From assembly GCA_013239625.1 (NCBI GenBank), contig MU054925.1, positions 1,000,829 through 1,064,828 on the forward strand: 64,000 nt of DNA. Reading direction: 5' to 3'. Positions 32,983 through 45,400 of the stretch are shown here, in pieces. Position 1 is the stretch's first letter, and each line of letters starts with the position of its first letter. A program made the position numbers and the translations under genes. The DNA is from Lama guanicoe (Eukaryota). The notes beneath the pieces were generated by a model, which saw only the letters and a program-made list of their open reading frames with translations, was not told the DNA's origin and made no database searches.

Positions 32983-35900
32983 CATCTACAATCTGACAAA
33001 CCCTTGGCCCAAAGACTCACACCAGGTGGGACGTGGCAGGTGGGCCTCAGTTGAGGACAGGATGTTTTCTAACAGCAGCTGCCGGGGTGAAGCATCTGCT
33101 GGAGAAGTGGGACCACTGGCCTGGGGCCACCTGGGAGTGTCTTTTCAGAGACCCTGCTCTCCTCAGGGGGCCGCCTTCAAGGCATAGCCATCGCTGGGAG
33201 GGAGGAACCGTCTTGGGAAACCCTGCCATTTGGTGGTCCTGCTGTTCTTTCCACAGCCGCCTCTCTGCAGCCTGGCCAGCCAGGCTTCTAATGCGTTATA
33301 CGCAGAGTTTGGGCGCACGCTGCCTGTTTCTGATGGACGTCGCCCTCCCTCCACAACGCCAGAAGTTTTTCCACAGCCTTGGAGAGGGGCTTTGACTGAG
33401 GGCTGGGGGCCCCGGGCTCCGTTTCCTTCACATTCCAGCTGGCCCGGATCCCTCTGTGGCCACAGGGCCCTGCTCCCCTCACCCTGCCCTCTGGGTGACA
33501 CCGGAGCAGACTTCTGTGTGGCTAGCGTGGTTTCGGGAGAACTTTAAAACATTAGGACCTAACACTGTCTCATCGCTGAAATAAGAGGCCATAGCACCGA
33601 AAAGCAGCGTGGACGCCGGCTGAGGCTTCTCCCAGCCCATGGGTGGCCGCGTGCTAGCACACCCGCCACCATCTTCAAAGCCATCCCCCCAGTCATCATG
33701 AGCATCCCNNNNNNNNNNNNNNNNNNNNNNNNNNNNNNNNNNNNNNNNNNNNNNNNNNNNNNNNNNNNNNNNNNNNNNNNNNNNNNNNNNNNNNNNNNNN
33801 NNNNNNNNNNNNNNNNNNNNNNNNNNNNNNNNNNNNNNNNNNNNNNNNCTTTACTCTCTTCTCTCTCTCGGCTCAGCTCCTTGCCTCTCCCCTCCACCAC
33901 CACCTTGTGACTGAAGGTTTGGTTTCCTCTCTGCTCTGTCCCTGCTCAGCACAGGGAGAATGTTGACTTAGAAGCAATAGTGGGCAGCAGGCCACCAAGA
34001 GCACAACCCCAGGGCAGGGTCTAGGGAGGCCCCTCAGCCCGCCTCTGTTTACCGTGCAACTCCAGTCCTTCTTAAGCCATCACCAGTGGACGTGCTCAGA
34101 GCAGAGGGGCTAGGGCTTCTGCCAGCCGACGGAAGGGCCCAGAGCCCTGCGTTGGGGAGTGTGGCACCATCCATCCACCCAGTGGACTGGGCGGTGGTCC
34201 TTCCCAAGGCCCTTCCCTTGGGGACCTCCCTTCATCTTGGGCACAGCCGCAAGTCTCATCTCTAACGTTCTATGCAATGAAATATAAACCCTCAAAGACA
34301 ACTGTTAATATTTAATAAATTCCATGTTATGTATAAGGAGTTAATTGCAAACCTGCAATTGAGAAACTGGATAGATATGCTCATATCAAACCCCTCACCT
34401 CCCCACCCACCCTGCCCCTNNNNNNNNNNNNNNNNNNNNNNNNNNNNNNNNNNNNNNNNNNNNNNNNNNNNNNNNNNNNNNNNNNNNNNNNNNNNNNNNN
34501 NNNNNNNNNNNNNNNNNNNNNNNNNNNNNNNNNNNNNNNNNNNNNNNNNNNNNNNNNNNNNNNNNNNNNNNNNNNTGCTTGGAGTTCTTTTTGTCTCAGA
34601 ACCTCTCCTTCAGGAGTTCTTCTAGCTGACTTTTGCACGAGCTAGTGAGGACCCACTGAAATTGCTGCCCGAGCATGCCAGGCCATAGGCCAGGCAGTGC
34701 AAGGCACCACACACCTTGCCGGTTTCTCTGACCAAGATGTCTCTGGAGTAGACGTGCTGGTGGGAGCCTGCACAGGATGTGTGTGCATGAACATTCAGAA
34801 GGTTTGCTGTAGGATTTCCATCTGTAAGTCTTTCCCCCTCTTACACAAGCCCTGAGCCAGAGACATCTGGCCACCCCTTCCTAGCGAGGCACTGCTCAAG
34901 GGCAGAGCTGGGCTGCATCTGTAGTCAGAAAGACAGGCCACGGGCAGAGCCTGGCTGTGTCCTGGGACCCCAGCTCCTGACTGCACCTGCTCCCTGCCTC
35001 TCCTCTCTGGCTGGGAGGCTCAAAGGTCTGTGATCCAGGAGATCTAGGCTGGGGCCAGAGGGTCAGGGAGTGTTCAGGAAGAGTTGGACCTTTGGCATTT
35101 GTGGTGAGGACAGCTGACAGTATCATCTTGGACTGGAGTGAGTGTTCACATAGACCGTGGCTCAAGCTGAGTTTCTTGGGAAGCTTCTCAATAACAAAAC
35201 ATACAGAAGATTCTGTTGTGACACTCTGCATCTGTCCCCAAGACCCAAACTCCCTTCCAGCCCCCGTCTCTGAAGCCTAAATATCCCATTGCTCATTAGC
35301 TTCTCTACAACTGAGCCAAGAGGGCAGCAGGTGGCAGCTGCCTGACCTCTCCAGGCCCGGCCTTCCTCCAGAGTGCTCTGGTCTGTACCATGCAGTTCTC
35401 AGGGGTCCACGTTTCTCATGCTTTCCTGTAAGATCTACACACCCTTCAGAGGGATTCTGGCCCACCTCTGGTAGTCGTGGATAAGATAGGAGGCTGTCAA
35501 CCCCCGTGTTGGGCCCAAGACCCTGTCCTTTGGGATTTGGGCTTCACCCATCCCATGGGACACCTGCCTCATCCCAGAGATCAGGCTTGGGCTGGATGAG
35601 GCCATCTGTGTAAGGGCTGAGGGAGTCCACCATCCAGCACCTCGGACCACCCAGGGCTCAGTCTGTATGGAGATGTGCCTAGTGGCTGGATACGTTGGGG
35701 ACCAAGGCAGTGATCCTTCCCACAAAAGGCCAAGGGATGAGGCCAGGAGCAGGAAACAGGCAGGGAGATGACAGCAGGTCAGCCTCAAATGTTGACTTTC
35801 CAGCAAATCTCCTTTCTGGCCAACCTGATTTTGAAATTTCTGACATCTGCCACTCCCTACCCTGCAGTGTACCCACAGGACACATCTGTACCCATCACCC

Positions 35901-36976
35901 CTTGTGAAGGTGGCTGGAGCAGGCCTCTGGGCCACAGGTGTCCTGGCCCTTGTGTAGATACTGCTGTGGCCAGAGGCTGAAGGACTAGGATTTGGTGGGG
36001 AGCATTGAGCACATCTCTACGTGGGCAAGGCGGTCTCTGGGATGCACTATAGACCTTCTCCACAGCTCCCCACCCCCAGTGTCATGAGCAAGGGCACTGC
36101 CTCCCCTGTCCACTTCAGGGCCCAGTGTATCCACTTCACAGTGACACCTCCCTTCCCCACCATCCACTTAGTCCTTGGGAAGAGAGTGTGGTCTCAGGGC
36201 CTATGATGAGAGGGCAGCAGTGGCAGCAACTATGGCCTGTCTTCTGGAGCCTGTGGGGAGTTTTCCAGGCAGATCCTTTGCCATGGCAGCAGGGTCCTGG
36301 CCTGTCTGCCCCTCCCCTGCCATCATGCTCCCAACCCCCATTCTGTAAATACGCATCATCATGGACTCCAACAGGGTCAGGGGGACAGGCCTGATGAACT
36401 GAAACTCCTCAGAGATATCATTTCTGTCTCCCTGGGTAGCAGCAGCCCTGCTGCCATGTGCACTGGGGTGGCACTGGAGAGCCATGGAAATTGTGAGCTA
36501 TTGTGTGTGTATGCATGTGAACAAGTGTGTGAGTGTGTGTGTGCGCGCGTGTGTGTGCGCACGTGTGCGCACGTCTGCCTCATTTGGCCTCGGATCAAAT
36601 CAGCTCCTTCTCTCTAAGTGCAGTGCCCTGGAGAGTGGTGGCTGCCCAACGCCTTTCCTCTGCTAGCTTCCATGTCTTGTTTTTGCTTTCCCCTCACTNN
36701 NNNNNNNNNNNNNNNNNNNNNNNNNNNNNNNNNNNNNNNNNNNNNNNNNNNNNNNNNNNNNNNNNNNNNNNNNNNNNNNNNNNNNNNNNNNNNNNNNNNN
36801 NNNNNNNNNNNNNNNNNNNNNNNNNNNNNNNNNNNNNNNNNNNNNNNNNNNNNNNNNNNNNNNNNNNNNNNNNNNNNNNNNNNNNNNNNNNNNNNNNNNN
36901 NNNNNNNNNNNNNNNNNNNNNNNNNNNNNNNNNNNNNNNNNNNNNNNNNNNNNNNNNNNNNNNNNNNNNNNNNNNN
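32983..36976 (+). other. BSN: Predicted BSN terminal exon / long 3'UTR (end probably inside N-run 36699-36976)
   Basis: Pyrimidine tract 32931-32980 followed by ag|CATCT; AATAAA at 34314-34319; miRNA seed sites and Pumilio elements. Confidence 0.55.
36502..36573. repeat. Imperfect (TG)n/(GC)n alternating purine-pyrimidine repeat in the BSN 3'UTR
   Basis: tgtgtgtgtatgcatgtg...gtgtgtgtgtgcgcgcgtgtgtgtgcgcacgtgtgcgcacg. Confidence 0.85.
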
Positions 36977-38349
36977 GTTTCTGAAACGGGAAGGCTTAGC
37001 CAGAGGAACAAATCCCCAGGCTGTGACAATCCTGTCTCTTCACAGTTAGGGAAAAGGCAAAGGGGCAGAAGTACTGGCAAGGCCCTGGCTGAGTTTACAC
37101 CAATCTGTCCAAAGACAATGGGCCCCTCCACAAAGTGCCCCAGGACAGGTCCAACATTTGGACCAGGAGGGAGCAGTTAGCTCGCTGCTGGAACTGTTGA
37201 GATACGGTGTCTCCTCCGCCTGTGGGTGTCCGGGCTGCACAGCTTTCTGGGGCCTGGTCCCGGGAAGGAGGTGAGTGGGTGCTGCCCCCTGGTGTTGCCA
37301 ACAAGCCCTACACCTATCTGCCTTGCTGTGTGCCCTCCAACCCCCAAACTCTGGGGAGCTACTAGGTCTTAGCTCTTCCCCAAGACCGGAGAGCCTCCTT
37401 ACCAAAGTAACCCAGAGTTGCTAGAAAACTTGAAAGACACAGGTAAATGAAAAGAGGATCAGCCTCATCTCTGGCCTTTCCCCGAATTAATATCTTGATG
37501 CATGTCCTTCCTATTTGTGCTTTTCTTTTTCATTTTAAACAGAAGCCAGAAGGTACAGTATCTTCTGCTTTCTAGCCTCCTGTTTGTTTCTACATGTTCA
37601 TGCAGTACTTAGATGTTCATACTCCAATGCTCAGCCTCCAGAGAGCTGCATTATGAGTTTACAGCCAGTCTACTGCACGTGCCCTGAAGGACAGGCACCA
37701 TGTTCCCAGTTTTCCTGTTATAAAGAACGCTGAGGAATATCCTAGTTTCCCACTTTCCACCCAGATTGGTGGCTCGGGCCACTCTTTCTGCTCCCAGTTC
37801 TGGCCTTAACAGTCCTGCACACACCAGACACTCACAAATACAAGTGGCCTCAGAAAGTGGAAACTGTTTTTACTTAACTAGTCCGATGTGGTTCATGGGG
37901 AAGGGGAAGCCTCAGGCCAGTCAAGTAGGATCTCACTCAAAGGCTAGGCAGGGCATATGGAGTCAGAACCCTGAGGTATGGAAGACCAGCCAGTCTCAGG
38001 GTATACGGAGGATGGGACATCGATGCTGTCCTGATAGCTGCCCAGTCTCTCCTGCCCTCTTCTGGCAACATAACCCACCCAGTCCAGTGCCACAGTGCCC
38101 AGGGAGCCTGCCTGCCCAGGTTTTTCTTTCCACAGGAAGCTCCCTGGTTCTGGGTGGAGCCTGACCCCACCAAGCCCTCTGCCCCAAGAGCTTGGGCTGA
38201 GGCCTGGGGAGGCAGAGGCCCTTTTGCTCACGATCCCAGCAAGGTGCCACTGAGCGGGGCGGGTGATGGCTGCTGGAACAGATAGCTTCTGGAGTAGGCC
38301 TGGTGGCCGATAAAACCAGGCAACACCCCTGTGAACTTGGCACCGTCCT

Positions 38350-39430
38350 TTGCCCCACACCCCAGAGTTCCGCGCGCTCGGCCGGGAGCGCACCTCCGCC
38401 CTTCTTTTCTCGTTGGCCTGAGAGCCCCTCCAGAGCAGGGCCTGGAACCATCTGGTGAATGTTTGCCTTGTAATGGACCAGAAGGACCGACAGTCAGCCT
38501 CCGGGCTGCGGGAGATCTCTGCTGGGGATGGCATCGGCTCGCACCCCGCTCCTCAGGCCCCGCCCCTCATCTCTCGACTTTACTACCCTCGCTGGACTCA
38601 GTCCTGCCCCGCCCCGCCTCAAGTCCTCGAAGAGCCCTTGGTCCGCAGAGCTCTCAGGCCCCGCCCCCCCAGTGCTTAAGACCCAACAGGCCCCGCCCCC
38701 CGATTGCTTAAGACCCACCCCCGTCCCGCCTCACCCCCTTTCCCGTGGGCCCTGTTGTTCCTCACGGGCCTCCCCCCTCCCTAAAGACCCACTCTTTATT
38801 CTGTTTCCACAGCGCAACCCCTTCTCCTCGGAAATCCCATTCCCGCCGCTCCCAGTAACAGACATGGGAATTGGCCCAAAGAGCCCTCCTCCCACCGACC
38901 TAGTCCGCCCCAAAAGGACTCGCTCCTTCCCTTCAGGACTCTGGGCCGCAGCTCCTTCTTCCTCCCAGGCCCCACCCCCTTCCCGTAGAAGCCCCGCCCC
39001 CTGCTAAGGGTCCTCGCTCATTCGTCGAAGGTCCCGCCCCGCTCACTAAGCGGCGAGGCCGCGACGGAGACAGGCGGGGCCGCTCTCGGCTCCGCCCCTG
39101 GAGTCTCACTTCCGGGCGCCAGCCCGTAATACCACCCGGACCGCCCAGGGCTAACATGGAGCGGCAGGTGAGGGATCGGCTCGCGGTTCCCGTGGTCGTT
39201 GCAGCCCGGGCTGGGCCTGACCCTCGTGTGTCCCCTGCGCAGGTGCTGCTGAGCGAGCCCGAAGAGGCGGCGGCGCTGTACCGGGGCCTTAGCCGCCATT
39301 CCGCGCTGAGCGCCGCCTGCCTGGGCCCGGAGGTCACCACGCAGTACGGGGGCCACTACCGGACGGTGCACACTGGTGTGTATATGGAGAGGAATCGGTG
39401 GCGGGCTCTTTACGGGGCCATGCACTCGAG
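38350..39430. promoter_or_regulatory. APEH: APEH CpG-island, TATA-less promoter with many GC boxes and an ETS site
   Basis: Repeated CCCCGCCC boxes; ACTTCCGG at 39108-39115; CpG-dense. Confidence 0.8.
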
Positions 39431-42400
39431 TGGAGAGGAGGAGGGTGTGAAGGCAGGCTCGCTGCCTGACAGTGCACACGGATGTGTGGAGGAAACTGGG
39501 CTTCTAGAGTGTAGGAGTGGAAGGGTGAATCCCCCAGAGGTCCTTGCACACAGGTGTATATGGGGCTCTTTGGGGTGTTACGGGATGGTGCCAATGGGTG
39601 CAGAGTGTGGGCCTTGTAAGAGTCACCCTCATCATCCTATCCCATATCCACCCTCAAGGTTCTAGAGTGGATGCTTGGGGCAGTAATGGTTACACTCCAA
39701 GATATTGTCAGCTCAGGCTCTGCAGGCCTAGTCTTGAGTTGTGGCCAAGTGATGCCCATCCTGCCCCCAGAATATCTGAAGACAGATTGAGGGAGGTGGG
39801 CTGGGCCTGCTTGGGGTTGGGTAGAGCAGCCTGTGCTGGGACTAGTCAAGTTGAGCAGCCTCGTGCCTCTCCTCGCAGAGTGGATCCAGAGGGACCTGGA
39901 ACGCATGGAGAACATCCGATTNNNNNNNNNNNNNNNNNNNNNNNNNNNNNNNNNNNNNNNNNNNNNNNNNNNNNNNNNNNNNNNNNNNNNNNNNNNNNNN
40001 NNNNNNNNNNNNNNNNNNNNNNNNNNNNNNNNNNNNNNNNNNNNNNNNNNNNNGCCTTTTACAAATGCCCACCATGTGCCTTGGTGTCAGTAGGGCCTAG
40101 AAGGGAGGCTGGGAGCCAGGTTCCTGCCCCTTGGGAGCTCAGGTGGTCTCTAGTGACATGGTCATAAACACTGAAGGCTTGCTCCAAACTTGGGCCAGGT
40201 CTAGAGGCCTTGCTCGAGGGAGGGGATGCAAGGCAGCTGCCATGGTGGCGCTAGAAGGGGTGCAGGGATGGATGTAGGCCAGAGCCTCAAGAATCTTGTC
40301 AAAGAGGTTGTGGCCAGTAAGGGGACAGGATGGGCTATTACTGGGTGGGAGGTAATTCTAACCTGCTACCCCATATCCTCCTTAGGCTGCTGAGCAGAGA
40401 ATCTCCTTCAGGCAGCATGAAAGCTGTGCTGCGCAAGGCTGGAGGCCCAGGCACAGGGGAGGAGAAGCAGTTTTTGGAAGTAAGTCTGCGTGGGACCAGG
40501 TGGTGGGCAAACAGGCTCAGTCCCACAGATGAGGCTCTGTTAAAGGACAGCAACCTCACTCCCAGATGTCCTCAGGTCTGGGAGAAGAACCAGAAGCTCA
40601 AGAGCTTCAACCTGTCGGCGCTGGAGAAACATGGGCCAGTTTATGAAGATGGTGAGGCAGCCGGCTGGTGAGCAGGCAGGGTGGACAGGAGGGGCAGCCA
40701 TAACCCAGGGCTCCCCCTGATCAGCCCTCCTTGCACCCAGACTGCTTTGGCTGCTTGTCCTGGTCGCATTCGGAGACACACTTACTATACGTGGCAGAGA
40801 AGAAGCGTCCCAAGGCTGAGTCCTTCTTTCATACCAAAGCCTTGGACATCAGTGGCAGCGATGACGAGATGGCTAGGCTGAAGAAGCCAGACCAGGCCAT
40901 TAAGGTGCTGTGGCCGTGGCGAGTCCACAAAGGCCCTTCAGGGCAGCCTGGGGCTCGGTCTGCTTTCTACGCACACTGCATCTATCAGAACCAGGGAGGC
41001 ACTGGCTTCTAGAGGGCAGGGCAGGGCAGGGCAGGGTCCTGCAAGACAAGCTGGGCATTGAATGTCTTGTATTCTCAGGGGGATCAGTTCTTGTTTTACG
41101 AAGACTGGGGAGAAAACATGGTTTCTAAAAGCACTCCTGTGCTCTGCGTGCTGGATGTCGAGAGTGGCAACATCTCTGTGCTTGAGGGGGTCCCTGAGAG
41201 TGTGTCTCCCGGACAGGTTAGTGCTGACTCTGCCCACATCACTCCTGGAGTCTGAGGGCCCTGCCTGAGCTACTGCCCCTTATCCACATCTGCCCTGTGG
41301 TCTTGTTTACAGGCATTCTGGGCCCCTGGAGACACAGGTGTGGTGTTCGTCGGCTGGTGGCATGAGCCCTTCCGGCTGGGCATCCGTTTCTGCACCAATC
41401 GAAGGTGAGAACAATCGAAGGGGCAGAGCAAGGGTGCCTTGTAGCTCAGACTGGCCTTGAAGCTGAGTGTCTCTCTGATGGTTCCAGGTCAGCTCTATAC
41501 TATGTGGACCTCATCAAGGGGAAGTGTGGTAAGTGCTGGCATCTACCTGTGCTTTGCTGACACACAATGGCCCTGACAGCCTGCGTGATGCTCACGTTTT
41601 TGTCTCGTCCAGAGCTCCTCTCAGATGACTGTCTGGCTGTCTCTTCTCCTCGGCTGAGCCCAGACCAATGTCGCATCGTCTACCTGCAGTTCCCATCTCT
41701 GGTCCCCCATCAGCAGTGTAGCCAGTTGTGCCTGGTGAGCTGGGGTGGGGTGGGGGGAGGTCAGCAAGAAGAGGGGATGGTGGGTGAGAGCTGAAGGGTC
41801 ACCTTCGTCTCCCCACGGGCCGCTCAGTGGACTTCCTTTCGTGGGTGCAGTGATGGTGTGAGTTCTGCTTATCCTTTCAAGGCAGGGCCCAGAGGCTGAG
41901 AGTGCTGGCATGGTGGCCTCTGCACAACCCAGACTCACCACCTAGAGAGCATCCTCTGTCTACACGAATGCTCCTCCCATTGCTTCTCACCTGCACATGG
42001 CCAGGCTCTGCAAGGGCCTGGGATGTAGCGGGCAGTTACAGAGTCTTTGCCCACGAAGAGCTCTGGGCTCCTAGTGAAAGTCAGAGGCCCCTCGGACAGC
42101 TGGTCCAGGTCACCAGAAAGGAGATACACCGGGCTCCTCTCAGGTCCTCCCCTCCCTTCCCTGAGGCTATGCTAGGCTATCATGGAAGAGGACAGGTGTA
42201 CAGAGCTCCATGCCCTGAGGGTACTGCCGGTCCCTTGGTGGGCCTGACCACTATGTCCTCTTGCAGTATGACTGGTACACCAGGGTCACCTCGGTGGTGG
42301 TGGACGTCGTGCCTCGGCAGCTGAGAGGTAAGGGGTGTGTGGCTGGTTGAGTGCAGTGGAGCCTGCAGCTCTGTTTTCCTGCCAGCTGTTATCCTGGCTC

Positions 42401-45400
42401 AGGGGCAGCCTCCTCAGCTCTTCCTTCCTGGGTTCCTTCTGAAGTCTCCCTCCTGCTGGGCCAGCCCCAGGTTCTGCCTCCTCAGGGGTTGGGGCCATCG
42501 CTGTAGGGAATGGTTCTGATAGAAGGAAGTCAGCTAGACTGAAGCTGAGATCAGAGCAGCCCAAACTGGCTGAGGATTTAGATTGTTTCATTCCCATGCT
42601 GCAGCCCATAGATATTTCTTTTTTTTTTTTAACTTTTAAAAATTTTATCATTTTTTATTGTGGTACAGTTGGTACACAATATTTCAGATGTACAGCAAAG
42701 TGATTCAATTATACATATATATATGTTTTCTTCAGATATTTCTTATTTTTCCAATGGCTGGTTAAAGCCACTGCTCCTTCAAAGGGTCTCAGAAAGTGCA
42801 CTAGGTTGGCAGGTCCTAGTCCAAGGGTGCTCATTCTCCCACTCCCAGCCCACATCCTAGCATTTGTTCAGTCCAAGCCCTTGAGGCAGCGGGGTCTCTG
42901 GGAGGGTGGTCCTTGGCCGACAAGCTCCAGTCAGTCTTGAGTGCTCACAACCCTGCTTGGGATCCTGAACAAGGATGTGAGGGGTGAGTCTCTTTTCCTC
43001 AGGCTGCCTGGTCAGTTCCAGGAATCAAGGACAAGGGATGGTCTCCTTTTCTTCTCTTGGGGTTGCAGGGATGTAGCAGTGGGGACCTGGTCTGAATCTC
43101 AGCTCTGCCCCTTAATAGCTGTGTGTCCTTGGACAGTGTCCTGACCTCCCCAAGCTTCCATTTCTTTATGTGAGAAGGAGGCAGTTATCCCTGCCTTCTT
43201 TGTAGGATGGTAGCAAGGGCTACATGAGGGATGATATTAGAGGGTAGGATTTATTCAGCCTCCTTTGCACAGCACTCTGCTAAGTACGGTAATGGACAGA
43301 CAGGTGTTGTCTTGGTTACAGCATCCAGTGCCCACCAGGGACCAAATAAGAGCAGCTCAGAGGAATGCCAGTGCATTTCTTCTGAGCACCTGTGGTTTCT
43401 CTCAGAAGCTCTCACGTTCCCCCTCTCTTGGGACCTCAGAGGCCTCTGCCCCTCAGCCCCCTCTTCAGGCCATGCCTCATCACCTAGGATGCCCCCATAT
43501 GTGGGGCTGCCATTCTGTCACATTTGGGTGTCCCAGGTGAATTCCCCAGCAACCCAGCCTGCCTCATAGTCTTAAGCCCTCTACACCTCCATTCCTGGAC
43601 GTGGCCCCCAGCCCTCTGCCTTTGCAGAGAACTTCTCTGGGATCTACTGCAGCCTTCTGCCTCTGGGATGCTGGTCAGCTGACAGCCAGAGAGTGGTTTT
43701 TGACTCTGTTCATCGCAGCCAGCAGGTAAGGGGCCCTGACTGTGTTGAGAGGCGGCCCTTGACCAACCCCCAGGAGCTGTGGGCCTGGGACATAGCACAT
43801 GCACATTGCCCAGCCACAAGGTCTCACTGGCTCTTTAAGGCCCTGCCTGCCCCTGTCCTGAACTTGCTTTTCCTTGAGGGGGCTGGCTGCCTGGGTACCT
43901 CACAACAGAGCCCTTGGCCCTTTCTCCTGAGGCAGAGATGCAAAACATCGCCCTTCCTCAGCATTTCCAGCTGGAGGACAAGGGGGCCGCCACTGGGATG
44001 GGCCCCTGAACACCATACAGGGAGCTCATAGAGATGGGACAGTGGCTTTCTCCCAGCGATTGGGTGGGGACAGCACAATATGCCAGGCTCCTTTGGGATG
44101 TGATTTCATTTGATCCACAGTGTAGTTCAAAGGGACTCAGAGTCATTCCTTACCTTACGCAGGGTCATTCAGCAAGTTGTAACAGAGCTGGGATGTGAAC
44201 CCAGGCCCTCAGGCCACTCCCTGCTGCACTGAGTAGCTGTCACCATAGTCCTTCACAGCTCTGGCCTGGCCTGGCCCAAGGTCCCCAAAAGGGTAGAGCA
44301 GAGATGGGGGCAGGACCCACTGGGTTCTGGGATGTGGTACCACACGTGGCCTCCCTTCTGCTTCAGGACCTGTTTGCTGTGGACACTCAGATGGGCACTG
44401 TGACCTCTCTGACGGCAGGTGAGCAGGGCTGGCAAGTGGACCAGCCAGGCCAGGGGTGGGACTAAAGCTTGAGCACATGGGGCAGCGGTCGCACTCTTGG
44501 CCACTCTGCACCACTGACTGCTCCACAGCCTTTACTGACAGTTTCATGGGGACCCTTATCCCACCAACGGACAGCCTTCTCTGCTCCCTGTGTCCTGGCT
44601 CTGCCTCTGTACGGCTCCCACCCTGCTCCTTGAACCCAGAAAATTCTCTCTTGTCAGGATCTGTCAGTCATCCTTCCTCCTCCGCAAACCTCAGGCAGGG
44701 GCACCTCTGTCACTCCAGGGCCCAAGAGAAGCCCTGGATTGGCTCCCTCATCTTCCTCTTACCCAGGCCTGATGATTCTGTCCCTAAAACATGTTTGAGT
44801 CCTCCACCTGCCCTGGCTGTACTCACTCCTCCACAAACATCTCTGCACAGTCGCTGCTTAGGAATCCCGATCTCCTTGGACCCCGCTGCCTAGAATCAGA
44901 GCCCACCCCCACGCCTCGGCCTAGCAGCCGCTGCCCCTGCAGACTGCAGTCCATCAGGTGGTGGGTGGATGTGCCTTGTGGTCTGGTGTGTCCTCAGGTC
45001 TGGCAGTCCCGGGTCACAGCCAGCACCTGCTGGATGAATGGACTGAGCAGGAAGCTCACCCAGAGCTGTGTGTCCCTTTGTGGGTGTCCCTTTGCTTCTC
45101 AGGGTGGAAGGGGCACCTCGCTGTAGAGCCTTCAGGCTGGGACTCTGGCTCTGCAGGGAGGGGTGGGAATGGTGGTGGTATCTGCCTTCTCCAGGGGGGT
45201 CAGGTGGAAGCTGGAAGCTGCTCACAATTGACCGGGACCTCATGGTGGCACAGTTCTCCACGCCCAGCCTGCCCCCAAGCCTGGTGAGTGATGGTGGGCG
45301 TTCGCCCAGGCCAGAATGCAGGGGTTCCATGCAGGCAGAGCTCCCCAGGTCAGGGAAGTGGCCTCAGAGTCTGACTGGCTGGTCAGCATGTGAGAGGCCA

